From the human T2T-CHM13v2.0 reference genome, Homo sapiens: a DNA stretch of 64,000 nucleotides. A program made the position numbers and the translations under genes. The stretch is taken from the NCBI RefSeq assembly GCF_009914755.1, contig NC_060934.1; one strand, 5' to 3'. Positions 11,849 to 23,920 of the stretch are shown in pieces; position 1 is the stretch's first letter; each line of letters begins with the position of its first letter. The notes under the pieces were generated by a model. That model was given only the letters and a program-made list of their open reading frames with translations. It was not told the origin of the DNA and did no database searches.

Positions 11849-12965
11849 TTAGGCCAAAGGGCCAGTGGGTCGGTCCAGGTGTCCTGGGTAAAAGTTGTTA
11901 GTTGAGCTCATTTGGGATTCCATTTGTAAGACCTTCTGTAGCTTGATGGCCTCGATCCTAGAGGAAACAAATTTGACAAGGAGGTTAAAAATACAGGGCC
12001 TGAAGGTGAGTAACAGCAAGATGGCTTCCATGGAACCTAGAAAGGGGAGAAGCCATCTTGCCCAACTCCAGAGGTTCATATAAGAGTTTGAAAGGCTTTG
12101 TTTGATTTCAGAAGCCTTTTCCTGAGAGTCCTCCTTTCTCAGCGGTGTGGAGGTCTAGGCCTTGGCGGTTTTGGAGAGTCACTACTGCCAAAGAGTCTAT
12201 TTGGGATTGTAGAGTAAGGATATATTTTGTTATTTCTTGAAAACTGTCTGAGAAATCCTTTGAGAGTGTCTGGTAGTAGGATAATGAAGTAGATAAACCT
12301 GCTATTCTGGTTCCTGTAGCAGTGGCCATTCCTAACCCTATAAGTAGGGGTATTAGTTGTATGGCTCTATGCTGACGGACTTGAGCTTTGAGGGGCACTG
12401 ATAGGGTCTGATTTCCTGGAACAATGTTAATGTTGGGACTTAGGAAGACTAAGGTGCAGGTGCCTGTCCAGTTAGTGGGGAGGCAGATATAAGTTGACGT
12501 TCCACATAAGAAGAATATGCCTTGGCTGGGTAGACAGAAAAGCTATGTTGTTAAAAAGCTATGTTGTTTCCATTTTCCCATACTCCTAGAGTACTTGCCA
12601 AGGTAGCTCTAGTGAGTGGCTGGAAAGAGGTGTTGGGAGCAAACTGAGTGGCTCCCTGTATTCTATTTTCCCATTGGAGAAAAAAACATTTTGTATCTAC
12701 TAGGAACCATTTGAGGGAGTGATTGAAAGAGGGGATGAGAAGGCATTCACTAGTGATGGGGGTGCTGCTGCAGGGGGTCCAGGGGTGAATGGTCTTGCAG
12801 GGAGTATGTTTGCCATTACAAAACCTGGACTATTTGTTAAGCAGGGAGGAGTTGATGATTTTTGGAGTTCCTTAGAAGCAGACAAGCCATCTGAATGGAG
12901 CTGTTTGGGTGACTTGGAAGTTACTATGATCAGTTGGGGCTTGAAGTTGTAAGGTGTAATTACAC
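11849..12965 (-). pseudogene. env: HERV9 env remnant (3' SU and TM), frameshifted
   Basis: Cleavage site RQHR, fusion peptide, immunosuppressive domain LQNRQGLDL and TM/cytoplasmic tail lie in separate frames (ORFs 12108-12398 and 11849-12079). Confidence 0.88.
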
Positions 12966-13441
12966 TGATGGGGTCTTCTAGCCTGATTTGGACTGGGCAG
13001 GCATTTTTTACCCTTCTGAATTGTCCTTCCAATGCCCAGACTTCAGGGTTGATTCCCTCCTCAAGCAGGGGACTACAAATGGGTAACTTTTCCCCCATAT
13101 TCATGTAGATAATGGCTCCAGCTTTGGATAATACATCCCTCCCTAATGAGGCTATGGGGCTTTCAGACATAACAAGAAAGGCATGTGAAAAGAGCAAATT
13201 CTCCCAATTACAACTGAGAAGGTGGGAGAAATACCTGGTTACAGGCCATCCCAGGATTCCTCAGATGGTAACGGACCTTGAGGACAGCTGTCAGGACAGG
13301 AGATTAACACTGAGAAAACTGTGCCAGTGTCCAGGAGGAAGTCAATTTCATGGCCCTCAATGGTTAAATATACTTGGGGCTCAGTGAGGGTGATGACATG
13401 AGTTGGTGCTTGCCCTGGGCACCCTCAGTCCTGTTGTTGAG

Positions 13442-14420
13442 TCATCTGGTTGGGGGCTTCTGGCCCAGAGAACCTTTGTCCTCTGGGGCAGTGCACCTTC
13501 CAGTGATTGCCTCTGCATAGCGGTAATGGGTGAGGGGGCAGCTTGTTTCTTGTTGGACAATCCTTTTTAAGGTGTCCTTGCAAACCACACTGGTAACAAG
13601 CCTACCAGGTGATTGACCTGCTCCATTTTCTGTCCTCTCTGAACCACGAAGGTTTGTTTGTCTGAGAGCCATGTCTAAGGCTACAGCCTTTCTCTGATCT
13701 TGCCTTTCCTTTTCAGCCTGTTCATCTTGGTCCCTATTATAGAACACTGAGGTTGCCAGGTTTAATAATGCCTCCAGATTTTGCTCAGGGCCCAGGGCTC
13801 GCTTTTGGAGCTTTCTCATAATATCTGCAGCTGATTGTTTAATAAACTTATCTTTTAGGATCAATTGACCCTTGAGGGAGTTGGGTGACAGGGGCGTATA
13901 TTTTCTTAAGGCCTCCCGTAGTCACTCAAGGAAGGCAGAAGGATTTTCTTCCTTTCCCTGAGTTATGATGGACATCATTGAATAATTCATGGGCTTTTTC
14001 CTAATTCTCCTTAGTACTTCTAGAGCATAAGTCAACAGATGTTTGTGACTCCAGTCCCCATGATCTGAGTTGAGGTCCCAGTGGGGATCCATATTGGGGA
14101 TGGCTTGCTGACCGGTAGGGAATTTGTCCCTTTCTTCAGCTGTCATTCTATCATTTACTTGACTAAGATTCCAGGTATCTCCAAACTCCCAGGCTGCAGC
14201 TAAAGCCGCATTCTTTTCATTAAAGGCCAGGGTTTGATCTAACAATAGCATGACATCTCTCCAAGTGAGACTGAAGGTTTGCCCTAGACCCTGTAGGACA
14301 TCTATGTACCTATCAGGATCATCTGAAAGCTTCCCCAGGCCTACGCTGATCTGCTTTAAATCAGAGAGGGAGAAGGGGACATGTACCCAGGTTGGGCCAA
14401 ATTCCCCTCTCCCTACAGCC
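13442..14420 (-). pseudogene. gag: HERV9 gag remnant (CA/NC), disrupted
   Basis: ORFs 13922-14251 and 13442-13864: ITQGKEENPSAFLE (MHR), ILKDKFIKQSAADI, LLNLATSVFYNRD. Confidence 0.88.
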
Positions 14421-14565
14421 TAAAAATTCTCCTCCAGAGGAAGAAGCCACCTTTGTGTTATGATGCATCATGCCCAAAACAAATCATAAAGAATGGGTAA
14501 AATTTTGATAAATAGACAAGGGAGAAAGGTCATTCCTAGGGGGATACAAAACAGCATTCTGATTT

Positions 14566-14668
14566 CAGAATTTCTGATTCAATTGTTCTAGGATTGGTTG
14601 AAGTCTAAGAATTTGCATCTCTAACAAGTGATTGGGTGATATGAATGTGCTGGTTGGAGAAGACCATG
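14566..14668. mobile_element. MER5A-like hAT fragment
   Basis: TTTCTGATTCA...AAGAATTTGCATCTCTAACAAGT...GGTGAT matches the MER5A core. Confidence 0.6.
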
Positions 14669-15160
14669 GGTTTCAAGGAGAAAACATAGAGTCACCATGG
14701 TTGAACTTAGAATAATGTAGCAGTCAATAGGCAGTAGTCTTTAAGTAAACAGTAAAGGAACGGACCATAAATAACCCAAGTAATAGAAAACAGGGCTGAA
14801 AGGAAAGAAGGCACAACTTTCCCTTCACCAGCCTTGTAAACTAGATTCCATATTGGATAAAATCTATTTGAATTTATATTTTTTACCATATTTTTTTTGA
14901 AGAAGACTCATGGTATTTGGGAATTTTAAAAAAATACGTATGTTTAGTTTATAGTTTTTTAACAGAGAAACGTGATGCTCATTTAGAATAATAATGTGAA
15001 TTTTTTTAACTTTTAAATAAAATATTTTAAAGCAGGAAAGAATTATTATGGCAAACTTCTTTATTTTAAGGGTAGAAAAATAAAGGTCAATATACCTACA
15101 TTATGAGATGAAATCACTTTGCTATATAAAGAAATAAAATTTAAGATTTAAGGTTTTTTT

Positions 15161-16062
15161 ACACTCACACCAACAGTGTAAAAGCATTCCTATTTCTTCA
15201 CATCCTCTCCAGCATCTGTTGTTTCCTGACTTTTTAGTGATCCCCATTCTAACTGGCGTGAGATGTATCTCATTGCGGTTTTGATTTGCATTTCTCTAAT
15301 GACCAGTGATAATGAGCTTTTTTTCATATGTTTTTTGGCCACATAAATGTCTTATTTTGAGAAGTGTCTGTTCATATCCTTCACCCACTTTTTGATGGGG
15401 TTGTTTGTTTTTTCTTGTAAATTTAAGTTCCTTGTAGATTCTGGAGAAATAAGAAAGCTTTTACACTGTTGGTGGGAATGTAAATTAGTTCAACCATTGT
15501 GGAAGACAGTGTGGTGATTCCTCAAGGATCTAGAAACAGAAATACCATTTGACCCAGCAATCTCATTACTGGATATATACCCATAGAATTATAAATCATT
15601 CTACTCTAAAGACATATGCACACGTATGTTTATTGCAGCACTATTCACAATAACAAAGCCTTGGAACTAACCTAAATGTCCATCAGTGATAGACTGGATA
15701 AAGAAAGTGTGGCACATATACATAATGGAATACTATGCAGCCATAAAAAAGGATAAGTTCATGTTCTTTGCTGGGACATGGATGAAGCTGGAAACCATCA
15801 CTCTCAGAAAACTAACACAGGAACAGACAACCAAACATCACATGTTCTCATAAGTGGGAGCTGAACAATGAGAACACATGGACACAGGAAGGGGAACATC
15901 ACACACTGGGGCCTGTCTGGGGGTGGTGGACTAGGGGAGAAATAGCATTAGGAGAAATACCTAATGTAGGGTTGATGGGTGCACCCATCAACCACCATGG
16001 CACGTGCATACCTACGTAACAAACCTGCACATTCTGCACATGTATCCCAGAACTTAAAGTAT
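15161..16062 (+). mobile_element. L1PA7-like element with 5' inversion (twin priming)
   Basis: 15161-15445 is antisense ORF2; 15442-16062 is sense ORF2 end plus 3' UTR to CCCAGAACTTAAAGTA; GGTTTTTTT flanks at 15152 and 16197. Confidence 0.9.
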
Positions 16063-16196
16063 ATATATGAACATATATATATATGTTTTGTTCATATATA
16101 TATGAATATATATATTCATATATATGTTCACATATAATTTGTGTATATATATATGTTTATATATATATTTATTGATATATATGTTTTTATATATAT
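16060..16196. repeat. Interrupted (TA)n array replacing the L1 poly(A) tail
   Basis: About 137 bp of TA-rich sequence between the L1 3' end and the right TSD copy. Confidence 0.92.
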
Positions 16197-17024
16197 GGTT
16201 TTTTTTCCTCCAGGTCCAGTATGAATTTGAGTATAAGATGGTTTATAAACTCTTTATAATTTTACCTGATGCTACTGGTTGAAGCTGAGACTCCCATTAT
16301 TTCTACACATTTTTAATCTACCTACTTAAAACTTGAAGTTCCTATTTACTCATTTTCTTCTCTTCTAAAACTATTGATAAACTTGGTTTTTGCATACTTT
16401 TAAGTTCAGCTGTCAGTATTATTAGGACCACTACTTATGCTCAAATAAAGAACACAAAATGTAAACTATGAAATATTATATTATAAATATGTGTAGAAAG
16501 TTGACTTATTTTTGTTCTTATAAAGCAAATTGCCAGAGTGTACAAACAGATTCATTATTTAGTGATTTACTAGTTATATCACATCCATCCTTCTATAGTA
16601 TCACGAATGAGTGCCTACTGCAAATTGAGGCAGGTGTAATTTTTTTAAATGTCATTCCTTAATCTGTGATTCAAAAAAGGAATAATAATATCTCTTGGCA
16701 AATTTCCACTTAACTCTGAAGTATATAGAGGTTTTAATTCCTTTGAGACATAAAATCAATATAAACTGACCTGGAAAAATGAGAGAAACTCCTAAAAAGT
16801 AGTGGTAAGATTTAGTATAGCGCTTCAGTTAGAAAGTATCCAAGATGCTATGGAACCAATATTCAACTTGTAGAAACATGAATGCTTAAATATTACAACG
16901 AAGTCAACTTTGCAAAGTACATACAATATAATATATGAAAACATCAATGACATATTTGAATTATTATATGAAATACTGATTTATTAAAACAGTGGTTCTC
17001 CAAAATCTTTGTTACCAATATATA

Positions 17025-17450
17025 CTGGATATTTTCTTTTGCTTTCCAGATTCACTCTGCACCCTTCTTTATAATCCTCTGTACCCCGACAGACAAACTG
17101 AACTATATCAGTGTACTCTCTTGCCTCATGACCTTAATTAAAATAAAGAGAGTCACTTTCAGGAGATGGACATTAGTCAGAGAGTGAGGGTGGAATATTT
17201 ATTTTCAAAATTCCTTCCCTGCTGATTTGCTATTTCTCTATCAAGTTTCTGCTCATGACAGGAGGCCATTCCCATACAGTTGTCGTCTATGGATCCTGAA
17301 AATTACTCTTGTCCACATCCCAATTTGTCGTAAGTGCTTCCAGTATTGGTGGAACTTGTAGCATTATATTCTGTGGTGTCCCTAAATAAGATGTTAGTTA
17401 ATTCTATTCTAGCTGCTTGAGGGTGATGTTACCTACTAGAACATTGGCTA
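17025..17450. mobile_element. LTR33-like ERVL LTR, old
   Basis: CCAGATTCACTCTGCACCCTTCT...GAGAGTGAGGGTGGAATATTTATT resembles the recalled LTR33 consensus. Confidence 0.55.
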
Positions 17451-19159
17451 CTTCAACCATCCTCAACATCCCATAATAAAACCAATTCATAATAACATAA
17501 ATACTAATTACATCAACACTATACCATAAACACAATAACATAAATACTAACAGTAACATTTTGTATCAATATAAATATTTAATAAATAATAAAACATTAG
17601 TATGAAATTAATATATGACCTCAGATTACTAAATAACTACCTGTGAATTTAAAAAATACCCACATACTTAAAGTATGATTGCTTTGACATTATGTTACAA
17701 CAAATTCACAGGTAGCAAATTACTAGTGAAGTTTTATTCCTTAAGAATTTTAAAACAATTTTATGTATATCCATGTTAATGAAGGGTTAATATAGTTACT
17801 AATGATTACAGTTTAAAAATACTGTTGCTGAAAATATATATCTGTACACGCTATAGGAATAAACAGCTATCCATACAAGGTAAACATAGTTAATAAATAT
17901 TACCGAATAATTATTTGTAATTTTGTAAAACAGAAGACAGCAATTGAAAACCACAACCAGTTCAAATTTTATGATACAGTGAAAACACATTACTGAAGTC
18001 ACAATTGCAGGAGGTGCAAACATAATCACGAGTAGAAATTTAGCATTTTATAGCAATCAGATTTCTTACCTAAGTGTCACAAGAATTCTGATAAGATAGA
18101 AAATATAATTTGTTCATATCGTATTTTCATTATTCTTACTGATTCATTTACTAAGTTTCCAGTAAATTGCTTTGAAACATATGTTTAAATGAAATTCTAT
18201 AGTAGTACATACTAGTCATTAGAATCTAGACATATGGGTTAATGTTATATATTTTCAAAAATTATTCCAGGTGATTGTCATATACTACACATTGAAAAAA
18301 TTATCATACTTTTAATTTGACAATGTAATAAACATAAAGTATTTTTATGATATTTTCAACATAACAAGTTTTCATTACATGTGCAGCATTAGTGTTATGT
18401 ATTATTTTTATAAAAAGTTAGTTTTACACTTAATATGAGAATCAGTATTTGTATTTGACATATGTATAGATATTTTTAAAAACACAGCTGCTCCAGAAAA
18501 ACTCTTAATATTCTTAGCAAAATCTACTCATTTTGAATGAAAATAGTAAAATTTGCCTGAATGGTTAGACAAAAATACAGTCAAAGACCATATTGTAAAG
18601 TCATTTTAGCATCTACAAAGTATTGTGGACGAATTTACTGTGCTTGCATGTGCACACACAGACACACACATATAATAACCTCCCCGCATATACATGAGGT
18701 ACAGCAATTTAAAATTGAGACAACTGGAAGCAGAATTTTAAGGAAACTCAAAAGTCAATGTCCCTTTCAAGATGAACTCAGAGCAGAGTGTCTGACAGTT
18801 GTGGCAGTGCAGGGAACACTGACTCTCACAAAGATTTTAAGAACTAAGAATATCCTGTGCACCCATATTTTTTCCTTCTCAAGGCAAAGTAGCAACTACT
18901 TCATGAGAGTAGCAAGTACTTCATGAAATGTGCTACAGGAGGGGATCATATTAGGACATATAGTTCTGTAAGTAACAACCACACTTTATTCAGTGAGAAT
19001 CCTGATATTGTTTTGTCTAATTAACTTGTCTCATCATTTCATACTCCAAGTACTAGATAAACCCCAGACTCTGGTTGCCCAGGCCAAACCCCCAAATCTA
19101 AATCTATATACTGCATGGCTAAGGCTGGGGATGGGGATAGGGGTGGGAGATACTCAGTT

Positions 19160-19650
19160 TTCACCATTCCTATCTGTTCTAAATAACCACTCTCCCCACT
19201 CCCAGAAACACTATGTCTTTCAAATGACAACCATTCATTTGCATTTGATGTCTTCAGCTCTCTGTGCCAGCAGTTTTTCATGAGGCCGCGTTTCAGCTGA
19301 TCGATCAATTTAGAGGGTGAGATGCACTGGATGTCTTGAATGGCTGACATCTTCTTGCCTCCATGATGGTCTTAGGGCCTCCGTTCCCCATGGAGTCTCT
19401 CTCCAAATTGTATCTCCAGTAGAATATCCAGATTTCTTTCATGGTAGTGTAGGGCTCCCCATAGTGCAAAGGTGGAAGCTTCCATGTTGTCTTTTGTCTT
19501 AGGCAGAGAATTGGGACAGTATTGCTCTCCCCATATCCTAATAGTTCAAACAAATCACAGGCCCAGCCTAGATACAAGGGAAGGTGAATTATTAGGTTGT
19601 GAATGTCAAGAGATGTGATCACTGGGAGCCATCAGTGTAACAGACTTCCA
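19160..19650 (-). mobile_element. MLT1 (G/H-like) MaLR LTR
   Basis: AAATCACAGGCCCAGCCTAGATACAAGGG...GGGAGCCATCAGTGTAACAGACT is the reverse complement of an MLT1 5' end. Confidence 0.65.
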
Positions 19651-21534
19651 AACACACTGCCAATCTATCTAGTTAGCTAGATTTACCAAGTTCTACAAAT
19701 GAACCCTAAATTTAAAAATATTTTCGTTTCACACACACATTCTAACAGTGTCAATGGAAATACAAGGAACACAGTGTCATTATGCAAACAAATGGCCATT
19801 CAATGCCATCCTCCATTAATAAATTTGAGAGTGATCAGAGAGGAGGGAGTAGATACTAAATTTCCTGCCCGAGTTCATTTCCAATTCTATTTCAAGATTA
19901 GACTCCAACAAGACTATTAATATTTAATAATAAACATAACTTTATGGTGCTGAATTGACACACTCTTCTTAATATAAAGGGACCCAGATTTACAGTGATG
20001 GTCAAGAAATGAGATTTGTAATCTCAAAATATATGTAAAAATTAGGATCATTACTACATAGTAATTTACTAAAACAGTTACCAGTGAAATAAATGAATAA
20101 AGTGATAAAAATAGTTAGACAGGGGGGTCCTTGAATTTGTTTAACTAAATGATGTGATGTAGAATCTTGATAGAAATCAAACTCCTAAAATCATATTTTC
20201 CTTTTCACTTATTAAAGAAAAGAATAGCATTGGAACAACTAATGTTCCTTTTCCTACAATGTAAATTGCACTTTTATCTTTGGGTTGATATCAGCTAGCT
20301 TTAGATGTGGTGGACTCTACATTGAACTATTTGAAACAAGTCAAATCTTAAACATCAGTCAGTTCCCTAAGAAAGGAGCACCTGGATAATGAAGACAGGG
20401 TTTATGACAGATCTCATGAGTTTTACCACTAAGAACAAAGCTAGTGACTGATTGGATAGGCCAGTGAGGTACTGCCTGGCTATATAGTAAGGGCAAGAGA
20501 AATACTGTTCTTAGTCAGAGGAGTCTCACTTGGAATCCAGAAAGGAGTATGGTGAGGTGATGGGAAAAATGGAGAAATAGCAATGCTGTTTGATAACTGT
20601 CTTCACATAATTATTGTCACTTCTGCCACAGACCTTCTCTTCCATTTTAAGTTTGGCTTTAATGCAGCTCAAATCCCCTATAGCCTGGCCCCTTTATGCT
20701 TAATCGACAGACAGTCTTGTGAGTCATGTCTTTGCAATTTTTTGGCTCTAACACTTAAACTAGGCAAGTGGCAAAACCTAGGAGGGCCACACAGTGCCCT
20801 GAAGGCTTTTGACAGAGGGTCCTCGCATCCTCATTTCTGTTAGAGATCTTTAATATGAAATAGTGTAATACATAATAAGATCAGGAAATTTCGCTTTTTT
20901 ATTAAAGAAATCTGCTTTCATGAACTCTCATGGGTCATTCCTAACACAGTGACTGCTTAGTAGCCTAAAAGAGGCTAAATTCTTTGTTCTACTGTGCCCT
21001 TGTCAATAAGAAATGCCATTTAAAAAATAATGTATAAATAAATAGAATCTAAACATGAACAGAAGGGGTGAAAAGGAGTTGAATTTCAGGACTTGGGTCA
21101 ATATTTTTTTCTGTTTATTTCTTTACCAAGCACCATAATTCCATTGTACATATAAATGGCTCGTATTGGTGGATTACCTCTAAGAAAGACAAACAACAAA
21201 ACAAAACAAAACAAACACAAAAACAAGTAGAGTAGCTAATAGTCTGTTAGCTAAAGTTTTCACTCTCAAGTGGATCAATAAACTCCCAAGCCTTAGGAAT
21301 AACTATGCTTATAAAAATGTTCACATTCTCATCATCACATAATCAATACAATAAATAAACTGGTTGAAAAATCTGTTTCTGCCTATTTCCCTTCTTCCTA
21401 CTCTGACTCCAGCGAAGGGCCCACTTCAGTGAGCTCAACCATTGATCTTTCTATCTCTCATCCATTTCCCTTGTCACTGAATAGATATAATTTTAAGGTA
21501 CATGTAGACACACACAACTTACAGAGAATAAAAT

Positions 21535-21671
21535 ATACAAATACACATATATATAATTTTAATATATATACAATTATATCTGAAAATGCACACATATATA
21601 CTTGTGTATGTTTATATATACACACACATATATATACATATGTGTGTGTGTATATATATATATGTATATAT
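21535..21671. repeat. TA/CA/TG low-complexity microsatellite
   Basis: Alternating purine-pyrimidine runs read directly. Confidence 0.85.
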
Positions 21672-22336
21672 GCTGATTTCTTACCTGTTATGAAATGTGT
21701 TACTTAAAAAAGTAGGTACACAATTATTTTCTCTTCATTGAAAAGTTGAACCCCTAAATTTTCTGCCTTATTTCATTCAGGGGAGTAAGGGAAAAGAGAT
21801 TTTGCCATTCTCTTTCATTCTCTCTTGAAGTATTCCCTAAGGTAGAAGAGCAAATCGACATGTATGAACAAGTCACTATGCTGTAAGTCAGCACTCTTTC
21901 AAAGCACATTCTGTCTCTTTCTGGCTCCTCTTTTACTTGCTGCCAGCATTTAAGGCAGACTGGCTGTGCTGATCCCTTTAGTGAACTGGATAAGTTGAGT
22001 TATATTCTCTCTAGGGATCTAGTCTTATTTCTCTCATTCTTTCTCCATAGGTATACCCAATTATTCCTACAAACATATAGAATGGGAAAGAGGGAATAGG
22101 AATAATTTAGTCTTAAATCTAAACTGTGATTTCTAACTCAACCGTAAAAGTTTTCATTAAAATACCAAGCTGGTGATCAACAACCAGGATTTTATTACTG
22201 TTTGGCTTCCCTGGAAGGAGGAGTAAATTACATATATAAGCTCTGACAATGTTTTCTTTATTTAAATTTTATTAACTTCCATTTAAGTAACATCCCTATA
22301 AAATAACTTAAAAATAATGACACAGAGATGGATGTA

Positions 22337-22831
22337 TGGTAGGTAATCTAGGTTACATTCTAGCAAGCATTTCTGCACTTTCTGCTTCTCAAAAGCCCTC
22401 AAGTTATGTTACTTATCCATTTGTGTCCATTCCCAGCTCCACAAGTAGAGGAGGCCATAAACAATCAGAATATTCCACTGCCCTGGCCAAGTGTGGCTAC
22501 AGGATAGACATGAGTCTAAGATATTTCAATAAGTGTGAGTATTAGGACTTCGGGAGGGAATACTGGTACAAAAATACCCATGTCCAGGAGCTCATTGTAA
22601 TCATCTTACAGTCATAAGCACAGCCCCCTTTGCTAAAGTTCATAATGCAGAGTCAAGGCAAAGAGACATAAAGTAACTGAGCTATTGGGGACATTATTGA
22701 GATGTTGAATCATGTCAAATACACCTCTAGGCTTTTCATGTATTTTGTATTTCTATCTATCTATATCTACATTGCTTAACAGTTTGAGTCAACTTTTCTG
22801 TTATTGTAACCAACACTATGTAACTGATACA
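22337..22831 (+). mobile_element. Old MLT1 (J/K-like) LTR
   Basis: CCCAGCTCCA...CCCTGGCCA internal motifs; 3' end GTTTGAGTCAACTTTTCTGTTATTGTAACC...TAACTGATACA. Confidence 0.55.
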
Positions 22832-22899
22832 GCGTTTTTATGTTTTTCAGAGGAGATTTTAAAAAACAACATCTCTGATATTTTTGAGTCAACATTTGT

Positions 22900-23335
22900 C
22901 TCTTCTCCCCATATTGCCCTCCTCCCACTTACATCTGTATTTCCCAATGAGAGCTGCAAGTGTATTATGTGGCTCTAACTCTGGTCATGGGAAGATTAAA
23001 CCCTATCAACCTGAACCATATTTTTTCTAATTGGGAATAAAGAGAGTTAATGGTAGTAGAAACTGAGAAGTATGAAGCTCAAGAGCTCTCGATAATTGTA
23101 TTTCCCACTATGTAGATGAAGCTGCTCACTGCTTGCAGAGCATTAAAGTGAAGTGAATACAAAGATAATTGCAAAGCTGAGGGTGGAGTGTTGAGTCCTC
23201 ACAGCATCAAATCTATGTATTGACTAGTCCGTCAGTTCTAATGACATCACCATTCTTTCCAGAGATGAGAGCAAAACAATTCTCTTCGTAATTACATTTC
23301 CATCATTTGAAACTGCAAAATGATTGACAAATATA
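22900..23335 (+). mobile_element. Second old MLT1 (K/L-like) LTR, degraded
   Basis: CTCTGGTCATGGG, GAAGCTCAAGAGCT and a 3' end TTTCCATCATTTGAAACTG...TGACAAATA resemble MLT1. Confidence 0.4.
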
Positions 23336-23376
23336 TTTTAAAGAATTTAAAATATAATTGTCTTTGTAATTACTCA

Positions 23377-23920
23377 TTTATTTCTTGTATTTCAATAGCT
23401 TTAGGGGTATAAGTGATTACTGGTTACATGAATGAATTGTATAGCAGTGAAGTCTGAGATTTTACTGCACTGGTCACCTGAGTAGTGTACATTGTACCCA
23501 ATGCGTAGTTTCTTACCCCTCATCTCCCTCCCACTCTCCCCCTTCTCAGTCTCCGGTGTCCATTATATTACTCTGTACGTCTTTGTGTACCCAGGTTAGC
23601 TCCCACTTGTATAAGTGAGAACATGAGAACATACAGTATTTGGGTTTCCATTCCTGAGTAACTTCATTTAAAATAATGGCCTCCAGCTACATCCAAGTTG
23701 CTGCAAAAGATTTTAAAAAGAGATTATTTTGTTCTTTCTTACTGTTGATTAGTATTCCTATATATATGTATATATGAATACATATATGAATATATATTGA
23801 ATATGTAATGCATATATATGTGTACATTATATATAATACACATATATACATGTACATTATATATATTTTTTATTTACCCCCCCCACACACACACACACAA
23901 CACATTTACTTTGTTGACTC
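23377..23920 (-). mobile_element. L1PB (PB2/3-like) 3' end with internal (TA)n/(CA)n expansion
   Basis: ATTTCAATAGCTTTAGGGGTATAAGTG...GTGAAGTCTGAGATTTTA is an L1PB 3' UTR; TA-rich tract at 23759-23865. Confidence 0.85.

Larger units (their letters stand above)
11722..14420 (-). mobile_element. HERV9 internal region, deleted and 5'-truncated (partial gag, pro, pol start, partial env)
   Basis: ORFs carry gag (QGKEENPSAFLE; NC zinc-knuckle DNA near 13560-13600), pro/pol start (SPIASLGRDVLSK..PVQIRLEDP) and env TM (AIQLIPLLIGLG, LQNRQGLDL, LLVKFVSSRIEAIKLQ). Confidence 0.92.

Noticed and set aside
11083-14420. HERV9 as an L1-mobilised processed pseudogene (it lacks a 5' LTR)
   Set aside because: The 3' LTR includes U5 and ends in CA without a poly(A) tail, so later deletion of a true provirus fits better.
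16197-16213. Splice-acceptor-like TTTTTTTTCCTCCAG|G
   Set aside because: The pyrimidine tract is the L1 target-site T run, and no convincing downstream donor is present.
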